Of a DNA stretch of 64,000 nt, positions 18,001 to 28,880 are shown piece by piece. Source of the DNA: Candidatus Hydrogenedentota bacterium (GTDB lineage Bacteria; Hydrogenedentota; Hydrogenedentia; Hydrogenedentales; SLHB01); NCBI GenBank assembly GCA_963674865.2, contig CAXXYE010000001.1, positions 160,001-224,000 of the forward strand, read 5' to 3'. The notes below the pieces were generated by a model, which was not told the DNA's origin, ran no database searches, and saw only the letters and a program-made list of their open reading frames with translations. A program made the position numbers and the translations under genes. Position 1 is the first letter of the stretch, and each line of letters begins with the position of its first letter.

Positions 18001-20194
18001 GCGGATGTCCGTCTTGTTGTCGCTATCGAAGCCAAGTCCGGCAAAGTGCTCTGGCGCAAGCCCGTTGACTTGACGGGCTGCTGCGGCGATGCCATGGGTA
18101 CGGCCTTCCAGGATGGCTTGCTATTCTGTTTCGGCAATGTGGGCAACCACGATGCGTGGCGCTTTCGCGATGGCGAAATGCGGTACAAGCGGATTACGGC
18201 CTTGTCCGCTCGGGACGGCCGGCTCGTGTGGTCCCGCCCGCTCAACTACCGCACCCGCCCCGTCATCATGAAGGACAGGATCATTATTGAGCCGCGTGCG
18301 TGCGATCCCCGTACCGGCGCGATTCTCACTCGGGCGCATCCGATCACGGGGCAGGAGACACCTTGGGAGTTCTTGCGCCCCGGGCACACCTGCGCCTTGT
18401 CATCGGCCTCCGCCGATGTTCTCTTCTACCGATCCGCCTCGACCGCCTACTACGATATTGCCAATGATCGCGGCGTCACGGCTTTCGGAGGCGTCCGCCC
18501 GGGATGCCTGATCAACATGGTGCCGGCCGGCGGATTGCTTCTCTTCCCCGAGGCGAGTTCCGGCTGCACGTGTTCCTATCCTATCCGCTGCTCGCTCGCC
18601 ATGATGCACAAGCCGCGGAGGCCGCAGCCGTGGACGGTTTTCATTGCGCATGGCTCCCCGACACCCGCCGCCCACTTCGCCGTCAACTTCGGCGCCCCTG
18701 CCGACATGAAGGATGAGAAAGGCGTCGTTTGGTTTGCCTACCCGAATCCCAAGACGCGCCGGCTACACCCATTTCCCGAACTACGGCGTGAAATTCAACC
18801 TGCATGACGAGATCTCCGCCGGCCCGGCCTATTTCTGCCGCGATTTCCGAGACGTCGCCTTTGAAGGGACCGAACGCCCTTGGCTTTTCACCTCTGGTTG
18901 TCAAGGCGCCTTTTGCTGCGAGATCCCGCTCATCGCGGATGTCTGGGGCGAGTCGCCTGGCGAGTACACCGTCCGACTCGGATTCATGGCGCCCGAGGGC
19001 GACTCTCCCGGCCGGCGAGTGTTCGATGTCCGGCTCCAGGATGCTCTCGCACTCGAAGCGTTCGATATTGCTGCTGAAGCCGGTGCGCCGAACCGTGCAG
19101 TCGTCAAGGAATTCAAGGACATTCCGGTGACAAACGTGCTCAAGATTGAGCTGGTTCCCCGCGCGCTTGCCCCGACGCAGGATGACGCCCCGACTATCAA
19201 CTTCATCGAGGCCGTCCGCGAAGATCCTCCGCCTGCCAGGAAGCGCGCCAAGCGTGCGGCGCTATCTGCGGCTGATGCCGAGGAGCTCTTGGCAGACGCG
19301 GTGGGCGACGCACCAGACGAGGCCCTTCAGAAATACCACGAGGTCTTCGACCGTGCGGCTTCCGTGGTGCTCCGATGCAAGGCTCTCGAAGGTATGGCGG
19401 CCATCGGGAGTCCGGAGTCGCTGTCGCGCATCACGCCCTATTGCAGAGACACGGCGCCCATCTTGCGCAATTACGAGGATGTGCCGCCTGAACTCCGCGA
19501 CGCTGCCATGCGCGTCTACATTGCCGCGTCGAAGACCCTTGCGCTGAGCCAGCGGGAGGAGGCTGTACGCATGCTCGAGCAGGGGATGGAGATGTGCAGC
19601 AAGACAATGCGCAGTGAAGTGATCGCGGCTCTCGAAAGCCTGGGTGTCGAGATCGGTAGGCCTGCGGCCGAGGAGGGATTTGTCACGCGCTGGAGCCTCA
19701 TCGGCCCCTTCCCGTGGGAAGAGAAGAACCACCCCACTGATGCGCGCTTTGTGGGGGAGCCGAACGTCGACCTGACTGGTGCCTACACCGCGCTCGATGG
19801 GAAGGGGGTGGGCTGGCAGCGCTATGTCGCCGAACGGGCCATGGTTGATCTTGTCGATTTCTTCGGCCCGTCTAGAGACTGCGCCGTCTACGCCTATGCT
19901 GAGTTTCACCTTGACGAGGACCGCGATATCCTTTTGAAGATTGGCAGCAATGACGGATTCAAATGCTGGTTCAACGGCCAGGAAGTGGGCCGCTTCGAGG
20001 AGGGGCGTGGCTACAAGCCCGATCAGAACGTCTACAGCGTTGCGGGGCGGAAAGGCGCCAATACTGTGCTTCTTAAGGTGCTGCAAATGGGAGGCGGTTG
20101 GGCTTGCAGTGCCCGGATAACCGGCCTCGACGACATCCCGATCCGTTATCGCGAGAAGCCTCTCGCCCCGCAGGATGTTCGCCCAGCGATATAG
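15067..20194 (+). CDS. Giant secreted PQQ-like beta-propeller protein with methyltransferase-like, malectin-like, HEAT-like and PA14-like domains; one frameshift near 18757
   Basis: EWPTYRGDANRSG start and multiple D..G...W repeats; VLDCGTG. ORF 14911..18807 continues into 18713..20194 (AGYTHFPNYGVKF, RRVFDVRLQ, IGSNDGFKCWFNG). Confidence 0.8.
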
Positions 20195-20204
20195 GAGTGA
20201 ATTC

Positions 20205-21434
20205 GTGAGAGTTTTCCCGGCCGCGGCGGCGCTGTCTCTTGTGACGGTGCTTCTCGCCTGTCCGGCCTCGGCCTGTCGATACAACGTTCGCGATGTGGGC
20301 TTTGTGGAACTTGGCGAACGGCCTTACGCCCTCTACGGCTACATCGACAATGCCGTCCCTCAGGATGTTGCCGATCGGCTCAAACACGGCACGTATGCCG
20401 CTCTCATTGACAGCGGCATCGGAGTCGAGGTCGTCAATGTGGACAGGGACACAGGCCATTCGGCTCTGCAACACATCCAGAAGCTTGGTGTTGCATCGCT
20501 TCCCGCCGCGATCCTTGTCTCGCCGGATGAGCAGCTCTTGGCCGTCCCGGTTTCCGAGCCGGGGCGCCCCTTTGACGAGACGATCTGGCCTGCCCTGGAT
20601 GGTATCCTGGCCTCGCCGACGCGGGGGGAACTGCTCGATGCGCTTGTCTCGTCCTACGGCGTCGTGCTTCTGATCGAGGGAGTAGACGAGAGCGAGAACG
20701 CCCGTGTCCGGCGGGTGGCCGATGCCGCCGTCGAGAAGATTGCCTCCCATATGGACTCCCTCCCCAAGGCGATCAGCAAGCCGCCAGCGATCATAAACAT
20801 CGAGCGGGCGTCCCTATCCCGCGAGCGAGTATTGCTTTGGGGACTTGGCCTTGACGCGGAGCGTACTCACGAGCCGCACGCCGCCGTCATCTATGGCCGT
20901 GCGCGCCGCCTCGGCCCCGTGCTGCGGGGCGATGAGATTACTGAGGCCCGGCTCACCGGCTTCCTCGCCGTCGTGGGGGCCGATTGCGAGTGCGGGCTGG
21001 ACAGGAGTTGGCTGCGGGGCCCGGTACTTCTGGTTGATTGGGACAGTGCTATCCAGGCCCGCGTCGCCGAGGCGCTCGGCTTCGATCCGGAAAATCCCAT
21101 GGTGAAACTCGAGGTGAGCCAGATTCTTGGCCTTTCGGCCCAGACAGAGCCTACCGAAGCCGGACGCAACAAGCCTCCGGGCGGGCCGCTGGCATATCAG
21201 GAGTTTCCCTTGGAGGCGCTGGCCGGCCTCGCTACGTTGGAGGATGCTCTTCCCTCCAGCCAAGTGGGGGAGCAGGGCCCCGAAGGCGCTCCCGTGGCGG
21301 CCGCCCTGCCGCCCAAGGCTCCCGGGCCTTCCGGCCGCGGGCCGTGGACGTACGTTGCCTGGGCCGTCTTCGGCCTGGCAATCGTGATCTTGCTGGCCGG
21401 TTTCGGTATTCTGATCCGAGCAGAAAGAATGTAG
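20205..21434 (+). CDS. Secreted, C-terminally anchored hypothetical protein (ACRYNVRDVGF, DCECGLD motifs)
   Basis: Signal peptide ending ASA, conserved-looking Cys motifs, C-terminal TM helix; AGGAG before GTG 20205. Confidence 0.75.
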   Translation: MRVFPAAAALSLVTVLLACPASACRYNVRDVGFVELGERPYALYGYIDNAVPQDVADRLKHGTYAALIDSGIGVEVVNVDRDTGHSALQHIQKLGVASLPAAILVSPDEQLLAVPVSEPGRPFDETIWPALDGILASPTRGELLDALVSSYGVVLLIEGVDESENARVRRVADAAVEKIASHMDSLPKAISKPPAIINIERASLSRERVLLWGLGLDAERTHEPHAAVIYGRARRLGPVLRGDEITEARLTGFLAVVGADCECGLDRSWLRGPVLLVDWDSAIQARVAEALGFDPENPMVKLEVSQILGLSAQTEPTEAGRNKPPGGPLAYQEFPLEALAGLATLEDALPSSQVGEQGPEGAPVAAALPPKAPGPSGRGPWTYVAWAVFGLAIVILLAGFGILIRAERM

Positions 21435-21461
21435 AAGCCAGAGATTCTGGGGGCGTTGTCG

Positions 21462-22622
21462 GTGTCAACAGTTCGGCTCATCTTCCGAGAGATCGCCTTC
21501 CGAAAGGCCAGCTTCGTGCTCGGTTGTGCCGCGGTCCTGATCGCTGTTGCCCTTTGGGTGGCCTTTGCCACAACGGGCCAAGCCTACCGCCGCGAAACCA
21601 GACGCGTTATGCGCGATATGGGCCAGAACCTGCGCATCATTCCTAAGGAAACCAGCATCGACGCCTTCTGGGCGAGGGGCTTTTCCGATCACTCCATGCC
21701 TGAGGATTATGTTCACCGGTTCGCCTCCTTGAAGGGCTTCAGCTACACCCACCTGACGGCAACGCTTCAGCAGAAAGTTCTGTGGCAGGGGATCAACATT
21801 ATTCTTACCGGCATCCTGCCGGAAGTTCTGCCGCTGGATAAACTCCAGCAATCGCCCATGACCTTCTCCGTCGAGCCAGGCACGGCCTATGTGGGACACG
21901 AAGTCGCTCGACGCCTCCAGCTTGTCTCCGGCGATACGGTGGACGTTCTCGGCGTGCCGCTGGCGGTTGTCAAGACGCTTTCGGAGAGCGGGAGCGAGGA
22001 TGACATCCGCGTGTACGGCCATCTTCACGATATCCAGCGAGCGCTTGGCATGGAAGGGCGGATCAACGAGATCAAGGCGCTCGAATGCCTCTGTCTCATC
22101 GAGGCCTCCAAAAAGAAGCTCGATCCCTTGGCCGTTGCGCGCGCGCAACTTGAGGAGATTCTGCCTGAGGGCAAAGTCATTCTGCTGCAAGGCATCGCGG
22201 AGATCCGCCAGAGACAGCGCGCCGCGATGGAGCAGTACCTCGTATTCGTCCTTCTCAGCGCCCTCATTGTCTGCGGGGCGTGGATAGCCTTGCTCACCAT
22301 GCTGAACGTCCGGGAGCGCCGGTGCGAGATCGGAATCATGCGCGCCCTGGGATACGGCTCCGCCCGAGTCTCGATGCTCTTCATGGGCAAGTCTGTCGTG
22401 ATGGGCCTTATCGGCGCCGCGGCGGGCTATCTCCTCGGCACGGCCCTAGCGCTGCGCTTTGGCCCGGAAATGTTCCGCGTGACGGCCAAGGCCGTCCGGC
22501 CCGAGTACATCTTGCTGGGCTGGTCGCTTATCGCCGCCCCGGCCCTCACCTGCCTGGCGAGCTTCATTCCCGTGGCCCTCGCCGTTGCCTACGATCCAGT
22601 TCAAACGCTTCGGGAGACGTGA
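21462..22622 (+). CDS. FtsX/MacB-like ABC transporter permease
   Basis: One TM, a large periplasmic loop and three TMs; NVRERRCEIGIMRALG; terminal DPVQTLRE. Confidence 0.9.
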   Translation: MSTVRLIFREIAFRKASFVLGCAAVLIAVALWVAFATTGQAYRRETRRVMRDMGQNLRIIPKETSIDAFWARGFSDHSMPEDYVHRFASLKGFSYTHLTATLQQKVLWQGINIILTGILPEVLPLDKLQQSPMTFSVEPGTAYVGHEVARRLQLVSGDTVDVLGVPLAVVKTLSESGSEDDIRVYGHLHDIQRALGMEGRINEIKALECLCLIEASKKKLDPLAVARAQLEEILPEGKVILLQGIAEIRQRQRAAMEQYLVFVLLSALIVCGAWIALLTMLNVRERRCEIGIMRALGYGSARVSMLFMGKSVVMGLIGAAAGYLLGTALALRFGPEMFRVTAKAVRPEYILLGWSLIAAPALTCLASFIPVALAVAYDPVQTLRET

Positions 22623-22750
22623 CGGACGCGCGTTGCCGGGACGGTTCATCGGCTGGACTGCGCATAATCCCGTGATACACTTGGGCAGGGACCCGGGCCT
22701 CTTAACCTGCGCCGCGTCATGCTATCGACAGAGAGTCATGAGAGGAACTA

Positions 22751-23512
22751 ATGGACGAACGTACTTCATGGGAGCGATTCCACGACCTTGAGGCGCCCGT
22801 ATATGACGACTACGAATACACGAAGAACACCGTCAACGAGGTCGATTTCCTGATCGAGGAGCTTGGCGCCTCGCCCGGCGCCTCCATACTCGACGTCGGG
22901 TGCGGCACGGGACGTCACTCCATCGAGCTTGCTCGCCGCGGATATGCTGTAACGGGGATTGACCTTTCCACGGGAATGCTGGGCCGGGCGAGAGAGAAAG
23001 CCTCGGAGGCGGGTGTTCAGGTGAATTGGATGCGCGCCGATGCCAGGCGGTTCTCGTTTAACGGCGAGTTCGATGGCGCGATCGGCCTGTGCGAAGGTGC
23101 ATTTGGCCTCCTCAGTGCCGATGACGATGCTATTGAGCGGCCGCTTGTCATCCTTCGCAATATCAGCCGTGCCCTCAAGACGGGCGGCAAGAGCGTCTTC
23201 ACCGTGCTGAACGGATTCAGGATGATTCGCAGCCACGCTCAGAAGGATGTTGAGGAAGGGCGCTTCGATCCGCTGCGGATGAGCTGGACATCGGAATTCC
23301 CGCCCAGAGAGGGGCTCTCCCCGATCCGCGTTCGAGAGCGTTCGTTTGTCCCGACGGAGCTTTCTCTTCTCTTCCAACTCGCCGGAATGCCGGTACTCAA
23401 TATTTGGGGAGGCACCGCGGGCAACTGGGGGCGAAGGGCAATAGATCTCGACGAGATGGAGATCATGATCGTGGCAAGCAAGGTTGTCGAGGGGCATCTA
23501 CCGGTGGACTGA
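22751..23512 (+). CDS. Class I SAM-dependent methyltransferase
   Basis: ILDVGCGTGRH, GIDLS, ADAR motifs. Confidence 0.92.
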   Translation: MDERTSWERFHDLEAPVYDDYEYTKNTVNEVDFLIEELGASPGASILDVGCGTGRHSIELARRGYAVTGIDLSTGMLGRAREKASEAGVQVNWMRADARRFSFNGEFDGAIGLCEGAFGLLSADDDAIERPLVILRNISRALKTGGKSVFTVLNGFRMIRSHAQKDVEEGRFDPLRMSWTSEFPPREGLSPIRVRERSFVPTELSLLFQLAGMPVLNIWGGTAGNWGRRAIDLDEMEIMIVASKVVEGHLPVD

Positions 23513-23552
23513 AGCTGCTGAGGGATGTCTGGCTGCTGATAGGAGGTTCTTC

Positions 23553-24701
23553 ATGCGCACATTGCGCGTCGGTATCGTCGGCTACGGCTTCATGGGCAAG
23601 GTGCACGCGCACGCCTATCGATCACTCGGCTTCTACTACGATCCGCCCCCGGCCCATATCGAATTCGTCGGGGTGGCCACGTCTCGTGAGGCCACGTTGG
23701 CGACGGCGCGCGACGCGGGTGGTTTCCGCTTCGGAACGGCTGATTTCCGAGAACTCTGCGCCCAGGCCGACATTGACGTTATCAACTGCTGTGTTCCCAA
23801 TTACTTACACCGGGATGTCCTCCTGGCGGCCCTCGAACACGGCAAGCACCTCTATATGGACAAGCCGCTGTGCTGTACGCTCGATGAGGCCCGCGAGATG
23901 GCCGCTTGCGCCGCTGCCCATCCCGAGTGCATCACGCAGATGACGTTCAACTACCGTTTTGTTCCGGCCCTCTTGCGCGCGAAGCAACTTGTCGAGGAGG
24001 GGGCCCTTGGCGACCTTCTCTCCGCGCGTGTCTGCTACCTCCACGCAGGATACGTCGATCCAAACCGCCCCTTTTCCTGGCGGCTCGATGCGGACAAGAG
24101 CGGGCGGGGAGGCGCCCTCTTCGATCTCGGTTCCCACGTCGTCGACCTGACGCGCCATCTCCTCGGCGAGTTCGCGGAGGTCCAGCACCTGGGGGAAACC
24201 TTCGTCAAGGAGCGCCCCCTCAAAGAGGATCCTTCGGCCAAGGCTCCCGTCCAAGTCGACGACGTATCGCTCCTCATGTTCCGGCTGAAGAACGGCGCCG
24301 TCGGCACCATCGAGTCATCGCGCATGGCTACCGGCGTGCAGGATGAGATCCGCTTTGAGGCCCACGGCACCGAGGGGGCCATCCGGTTCAACCTCATGCA
24401 GCCCAATTTCCTCGAGTTCTACGACGCCGCCGCCCCCGGCGGCGATTACGGCGGCCGCAGAGGTTTCACCGCCATCGAGTGCGTCGCTCGCTATCCCAAA
24501 CCGGCCTCGCTGCCGGGGCCCAAGAACACCATCGGCTGGGAGCGTTTCCATGTGCACTGCCTCCACAATTTCGTCGAGCACGTGGTGGAAGGTGCGCCGG
24601 CCCAACCTGACATCCTGGACGGCGCCAGGACGCAGGCTGTTCTTGAGGCGGCCCTACTGGCCTCGGAGGCCCGGACTTGGATTGCCGTCCCGGAGGTGTG
24701 A
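23553..24701 (+). CDS. Gfo/Idh/MocA family oxidoreductase
   Basis: VGIVGYGFMG, GKHLYMDKP, GGALFDLGSHVVD; RBS AGGAGG. Confidence 0.92.
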   Translation: MRTLRVGIVGYGFMGKVHAHAYRSLGFYYDPPPAHIEFVGVATSREATLATARDAGGFRFGTADFRELCAQADIDVINCCVPNYLHRDVLLAALEHGKHLYMDKPLCCTLDEAREMAACAAAHPECITQMTFNYRFVPALLRAKQLVEEGALGDLLSARVCYLHAGYVDPNRPFSWRLDADKSGRGGALFDLGSHVVDLTRHLLGEFAEVQHLGETFVKERPLKEDPSAKAPVQVDDVSLLMFRLKNGAVGTIESSRMATGVQDEIRFEAHGTEGAIRFNLMQPNFLEFYDAAAPGGDYGGRRGFTAIECVARYPKPASLPGPKNTIGWERFHVHCLHNFVEHVVEGAPAQPDILDGARTQAVLEAALLASEARTWIAVPEV

Positions 24702-25717
24702 TGCGCGCGCGACGCAGCGATAGGGCGCGCTCCAGGGAGTCCTCTCCGTGCCTCAGGTGTGTTCTTGGCTCCTGCCTTGTGCTGCTCCTCCTCGTGTCCG
24801 CGGCCGCCGGAGAGACGCTCCAGCGCGGCGTGTTCCTCATCCATTTCGACCCGGCCGACAGGGAACTTGCAGAGCAATCGCTCGAGGTACTGGAGGCGGC
24901 CCTGCCCGCATTGGCGCGGCGTTTGCCCCCCGGGCCTGTTCCCATCAACGTGTACCTCTGCGCGACACACCGCGAGTTCGCCCGGTTTGCGGGATCGCTC
25001 GCCCGCGTGAACGTGGGCGGCATTGCCAATCCCAGCCGGGGCCTCATCGCCGTGAAGACGCCGCGTCTCAAACCCTCCGGCCTGGATTACGAAGGCACCC
25101 TCCGCCATGAGCTGGTGCACGTCCTTCTCGAACGCAACGTCGAGATCGCGAACCTCCCGCGCTGGCTCAACGAAGGCATCGCCATGACCTTATCGCGCGA
25201 ATTCCGCTGGGGCAGCGCGTTCATCGTGGGGGAGATGTATCTCCGGGGACGAATCCTCTCCTACCAGGATCTTGGCCTTGTTCTCGACAACGCCGGCCGT
25301 GAGATGGAATTCAGCGATGCCTATGCCCAGAGCCTGTCCATGACGCGGTTCCTGGTGAAGTACCTAGGTGACGACGACTTCTGGCGCGTGATAGCCGCGC
25401 TCAAGACTGTGCCCTTCGGCCGCGCCCTGCGCGAGCAAACCGATCTGGACGTGCATGCGTTCATGAACGCGTGGCGCAATTCACTCTGGCGGGTTGCCCT
25501 CGTCTCGTCCGTTGTGTCAGGATTTGGGGTGTTCCAGATGGCCGCGCTCCTCACCGTGCTCGCCTACATACGCAAGCGGCGACAGGGCCAACGCATTGTC
25601 AAGGCGTGGCAAGAAGATGAGGAGGAAGGCGGCCCCGTGCCGCATGTTTGGGACCAGGCCGAGCGCGAGTCTCAGTATCCTTGGGAAGACAAGGAAGAAG
25701 AGGAGGAACCTTGGTAA
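24701..25717 (+). CDS. Peptidase MA-like zinc metallohydrolase with C-terminal TM
   Basis: HELVH zinc motif, PRWLNEGIA, AYAQS; signal peptide. Confidence 0.85.
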   Translation: MRARRSDRARSRESSPCLRCVLGSCLVLLLLVSAAAGETLQRGVFLIHFDPADRELAEQSLEVLEAALPALARRLPPGPVPINVYLCATHREFARFAGSLARVNVGGIANPSRGLIAVKTPRLKPSGLDYEGTLRHELVHVLLERNVEIANLPRWLNEGIAMTLSREFRWGSAFIVGEMYLRGRILSYQDLGLVLDNAGREMEFSDAYAQSLSMTRFLVKYLGDDDFWRVIAALKTVPFGRALREQTDLDVHAFMNAWRNSLWRVALVSSVVSGFGVFQMAALLTVLAYIRKRRQGQRIVKAWQEDEEEGGPVPHVWDQAERESQYPWEDKEEEEEPW

Positions 25718-26685
25718 TGGCCAAACCTGACAAGACAAGCGTTGCCGTAATCGGCGCCCGGGGCATCGGGAAGCACCACGCGAAGTGGTGGCAGCTCGAG
25801 GGCGCCCACGTCTGCGCCTTTGCGGGCACATCCGACGCCACGGTTGCCGAAACACAGGCTGTTCTCGCGGATCTTTTCGGCTTCGACGGCCGCGCCTACA
25901 CCGACGTGGGCCGGATGCTCGATGAGGAGCGTCCGGACATCGTGGATGTCTGCTCGCCCCCGGCCCTTCATTATGAGCATGTCCGCATGGCTCTCGAGGC
26001 GGGCTGCCACGTGCTTTGCGAGAAGCCTTTCGTGTACCGCCCGGACGCCCCGCGCAAGGAACTGCTGACGCAGGCGCGCGAACTCATCGCGTTGGCGGAA
26101 TCCAAGGAGAAGCGACTCGGCGTCTGCACGCAATATGCCGCGGGAGCGTCCATTCTCAAGCGCATCTGGAACGAAGCGCGCCCGGACGACAGGCTCTCGC
26201 GCTATCAGGGCCACCTGGCTTCCCCGGCCCGCGGACGTCCCAAGGATCCGGTCATCCCGTGGATCGAGCTTTCGCCGCATGTCTTGAGCGTCCTCCTGGG
26301 CGTAGTCCCCGGACTGCGTGTCAATTGGGACACCCTTTCCCTCTCGTTTGAAGGCTACTCCGCGCAGGCGCACTTCGACGTCTCCGCCGCGGATGGACGC
26401 ACAGTCCAGTGCGAGTTGATCTGCGGGCACACGGAGGGACCTCCCGGAAATATCCGGCACTTCGAGTTCAACGGATACGCCTTCGACATCGGCGGGGAAA
26501 AGGACGCCGAAGGTATCTATGGCGCCCGTATCGAGACGCCCGGTGGCGCTTCAAGTGAGCCCGACATGATGCGTCTGCTTATCAGGCACTTCCTAGCCGG
26601 GAGGTACGCCGCCGATCCACAGGTGTCCTTGGCCAACCTGGACCTCATGCTGCGTATCCTCGAGGCCGCCAAGCAGCAGAGCTGA
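25717..26685 (+). CDS. Gfo/Idh/MocA family oxidoreductase
   Basis: VAVIGARGIG, HVLCEKP; TAATG overlap with the upstream gene. Confidence 0.85.
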   Translation: MAKPDKTSVAVIGARGIGKHHAKWWQLEGAHVCAFAGTSDATVAETQAVLADLFGFDGRAYTDVGRMLDEERPDIVDVCSPPALHYEHVRMALEAGCHVLCEKPFVYRPDAPRKELLTQARELIALAESKEKRLGVCTQYAAGASILKRIWNEARPDDRLSRYQGHLASPARGRPKDPVIPWIELSPHVLSVLLGVVPGLRVNWDTLSLSFEGYSAQAHFDVSAADGRTVQCELICGHTEGPPGNIRHFEFNGYAFDIGGEKDAEGIYGARIETPGGASSEPDMMRLLIRHFLAGRYAADPQVSLANLDLMLRILEAAKQQS

Positions 26686-26693
26686 CGGCCTTA

Positions 26694-28760
26694 ATGCCGA
26701 ATATCGATTTCCAAAGACTGCGCGTGTTGCCGGGGCGTGGCGAGCCCATGGGGGCCGCCGTCCGGCCCACGGGCGTGCGCTTCTCCGTTTTCAGCCGCCA
26801 TGGGACGCGCGTCCGGCTTGGCCTGTTCAATGACGTGGACGACACGCAACCGGCTCACGAGATCGAGTTTCATCCCGAGAAGCACCGCATCGGCGATATG
26901 TGGAGCATGTTTGTGGAGGGACTCGGGCCGTCCACCCTCTACGCCTACCGCGTCGATGGGCCCTCTGAGCCGGAGCGCGGCCACCGATTCGATCCGGGCC
27001 GCTACCTCGTCGACCCGGCCTCGCGCGCCTATGCAGGCTGCGCCGAGGAAGGCACCCTCAAGTCCGTCGTGGTGGCCGAGGAGCCCGATTGGTTTGAGGA
27101 CCTCCGGCCCAAGGTGCCCATGCATGAGACGATCATCTACGAAACTCATGTGCGTGGACTTACCGTCGACGGCTCCGCCGCCGTGGAACACCCCGGCGCC
27201 TACGCGGGCCTGATTGAGAAGATTCCCTACCTCAAGGACCTCGGCGTCACCTCCGTGGAGCTACTGCCCATCCAGGAACTGGGGCAGACGCGGCTGGGAC
27301 ACGACAATCCCATCACCGGCGAGAAACTCGCCAACTACTGGGCCTACAATCCCATCGGATTCTTCGCCCCGACGGCGCGCTACGCGGCCGACAAAGCCCC
27401 CGGAGGGCAACTGCTCGAGTTTCGGCGTATGGTTGCCGCCCTCCACAAGGCGGGACTCGAGGTCATTCTCGATGTGGTTTTCAACCACACGGCTGAGTAC
27501 GATGAAACCGGCCCGACGCTCTGCTTTCGCGGCCTCGACAACTCTATCTACTACCTCCTCGACGAACACGGCGGCTATCTCGATCTCACCGGATGCGGGA
27601 ACACGCTCAATTGCAACCACCCTCTCGTCCGTGACCTCATCCTCGATTGCCTCCGATACTGGGTGGCCGTCATGCACGTAGACGGCTTCCGCTTCGACCT
27701 TGCTTCCATCCTGGGCCGCGATCGCGCGGGCAGGCTCGTCGAGAACGCGCCCCTTATCGAACGCATTGCCGAAGATCCCATCCTGCGCAACGCGAAGCTC
27801 ATCGCCGAGGCATGGGACGCCGCCGGGGCCTACCAGGTTGGCGCTTTCGGCGACGGCCGCTGGGCCGACTGGAATGGGCGCTACCGCGACGAGGTCAGGC
27901 GTTTCTGGCACGGCGACGCGGGAGTGAAGTGGTTTTTTGCGGCACGCATGGCCGGGAGTCCCGACGTCTATCGATTCCCCGATCATACGCCCCAGCACAC
28001 CATCAACTTCCTCACGGCCCATGACGGCTTCACGCTGCGCGACCTCGTGTCGTATGAAACCAAGCGCAATGAGGCCAATGGCGAAGACAACCGAGACGGC
28101 GCCGACACGAACTACAGTTGGAACTGCGGCGTCGAGGGCGAAACCGAGGATCCGGCCGTTTTGGCCATGCGGCTGCAAATGCAGAAGAACTTCCTCGCCA
28201 CCCTGTTTCTATCGCTCGGCGTGCCCATGATGCTCGGAGGCGATGAATTGGGCCGAACTCAGCAAGGGAACAATAACGCCTACTGCCAGGATAACGCCAT
28301 CTCCTGGTACGACTGGACGCTACTCGATAAGTACAAGGAATTACACAGGTTCTGCAAGCACGTCATACGGCTGCGCAAGAGCCATCCCGTCTTCGTGCGG
28401 CCGGCCTTTCTCCGCGATGCGCCTGACGAATCCGGCGCGCCTCCGGAACTGACCTGGCGCGACGCATCCGGTGCGTCTCCAAACTGGGACGATGGCGGCC
28501 TCGCCCTCGCCTGCTGGATCAGCGGGACGGTGAACGCGGGCGTGGAGCTCTACATGATGTTCAACGCATCCATGAATGCGGCGGACTTCGCGCTTCCCCC
28601 CGGCCCATGGCGCGTCTTGCTCGATACGGCGCAGCCGCCGCCGGGAGATTGCCCCGATGAGCACGCGGCGGCGAGCGTGGGGGAGGGGCCGGTTCACCTG
28701 GCGGCGAAGTCCATGGTAGTTCTGGCCGGAGGCGATGTCGGCTCTCGGAATGCCCGATGA
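26694..28760 (+). CDS. glgX: Glycogen debranching enzyme / isoamylase (GH13)
   Basis: IYETHVRG, LDVVFNHT, VDGFRFDLA, IAEAWD, TAHDGFTL, QQGNNNAYCQDN. Confidence 0.95.
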   Translation: MPNIDFQRLRVLPGRGEPMGAAVRPTGVRFSVFSRHGTRVRLGLFNDVDDTQPAHEIEFHPEKHRIGDMWSMFVEGLGPSTLYAYRVDGPSEPERGHRFDPGRYLVDPASRAYAGCAEEGTLKSVVVAEEPDWFEDLRPKVPMHETIIYETHVRGLTVDGSAAVEHPGAYAGLIEKIPYLKDLGVTSVELLPIQELGQTRLGHDNPITGEKLANYWAYNPIGFFAPTARYAADKAPGGQLLEFRRMVAALHKAGLEVILDVVFNHTAEYDETGPTLCFRGLDNSIYYLLDEHGGYLDLTGCGNTLNCNHPLVRDLILDCLRYWVAVMHVDGFRFDLASILGRDRAGRLVENAPLIERIAEDPILRNAKLIAEAWDAAGAYQVGAFGDGRWADWNGRYRDEVRRFWHGDAGVKWFFAARMAGSPDVYRFPDHTPQHTINFLTAHDGFTLRDLVSYETKRNEANGEDNRDGADTNYSWNCGVEGETEDPAVLAMRLQMQKNFLATLFLSLGVPMMLGGDELGRTQQGNNNAYCQDNAISWYDWTLLDKYKELHRFCKHVIRLRKSHPVFVRPAFLRDAPDESGAPPELTWRDASGASPNWDDGGLALACWISGTVNAGVELYMMFNASMNAADFALPPGPWRVLLDTAQPPPGDCPDEHAAASVGEGPVHLAAKSMVVLAGGDVGSRNAR

Positions 28761-28880
28761 GATGAACAGGCATTGTCCAACACATAAGCGAATAGACGCG
28801 GCAACAAAGGCACTGACCTAAGCGAGGAGCGGACGCGACGAGGCGGTCTGTCCCTTTCTTGCGGGATGAGAAGACTTATC

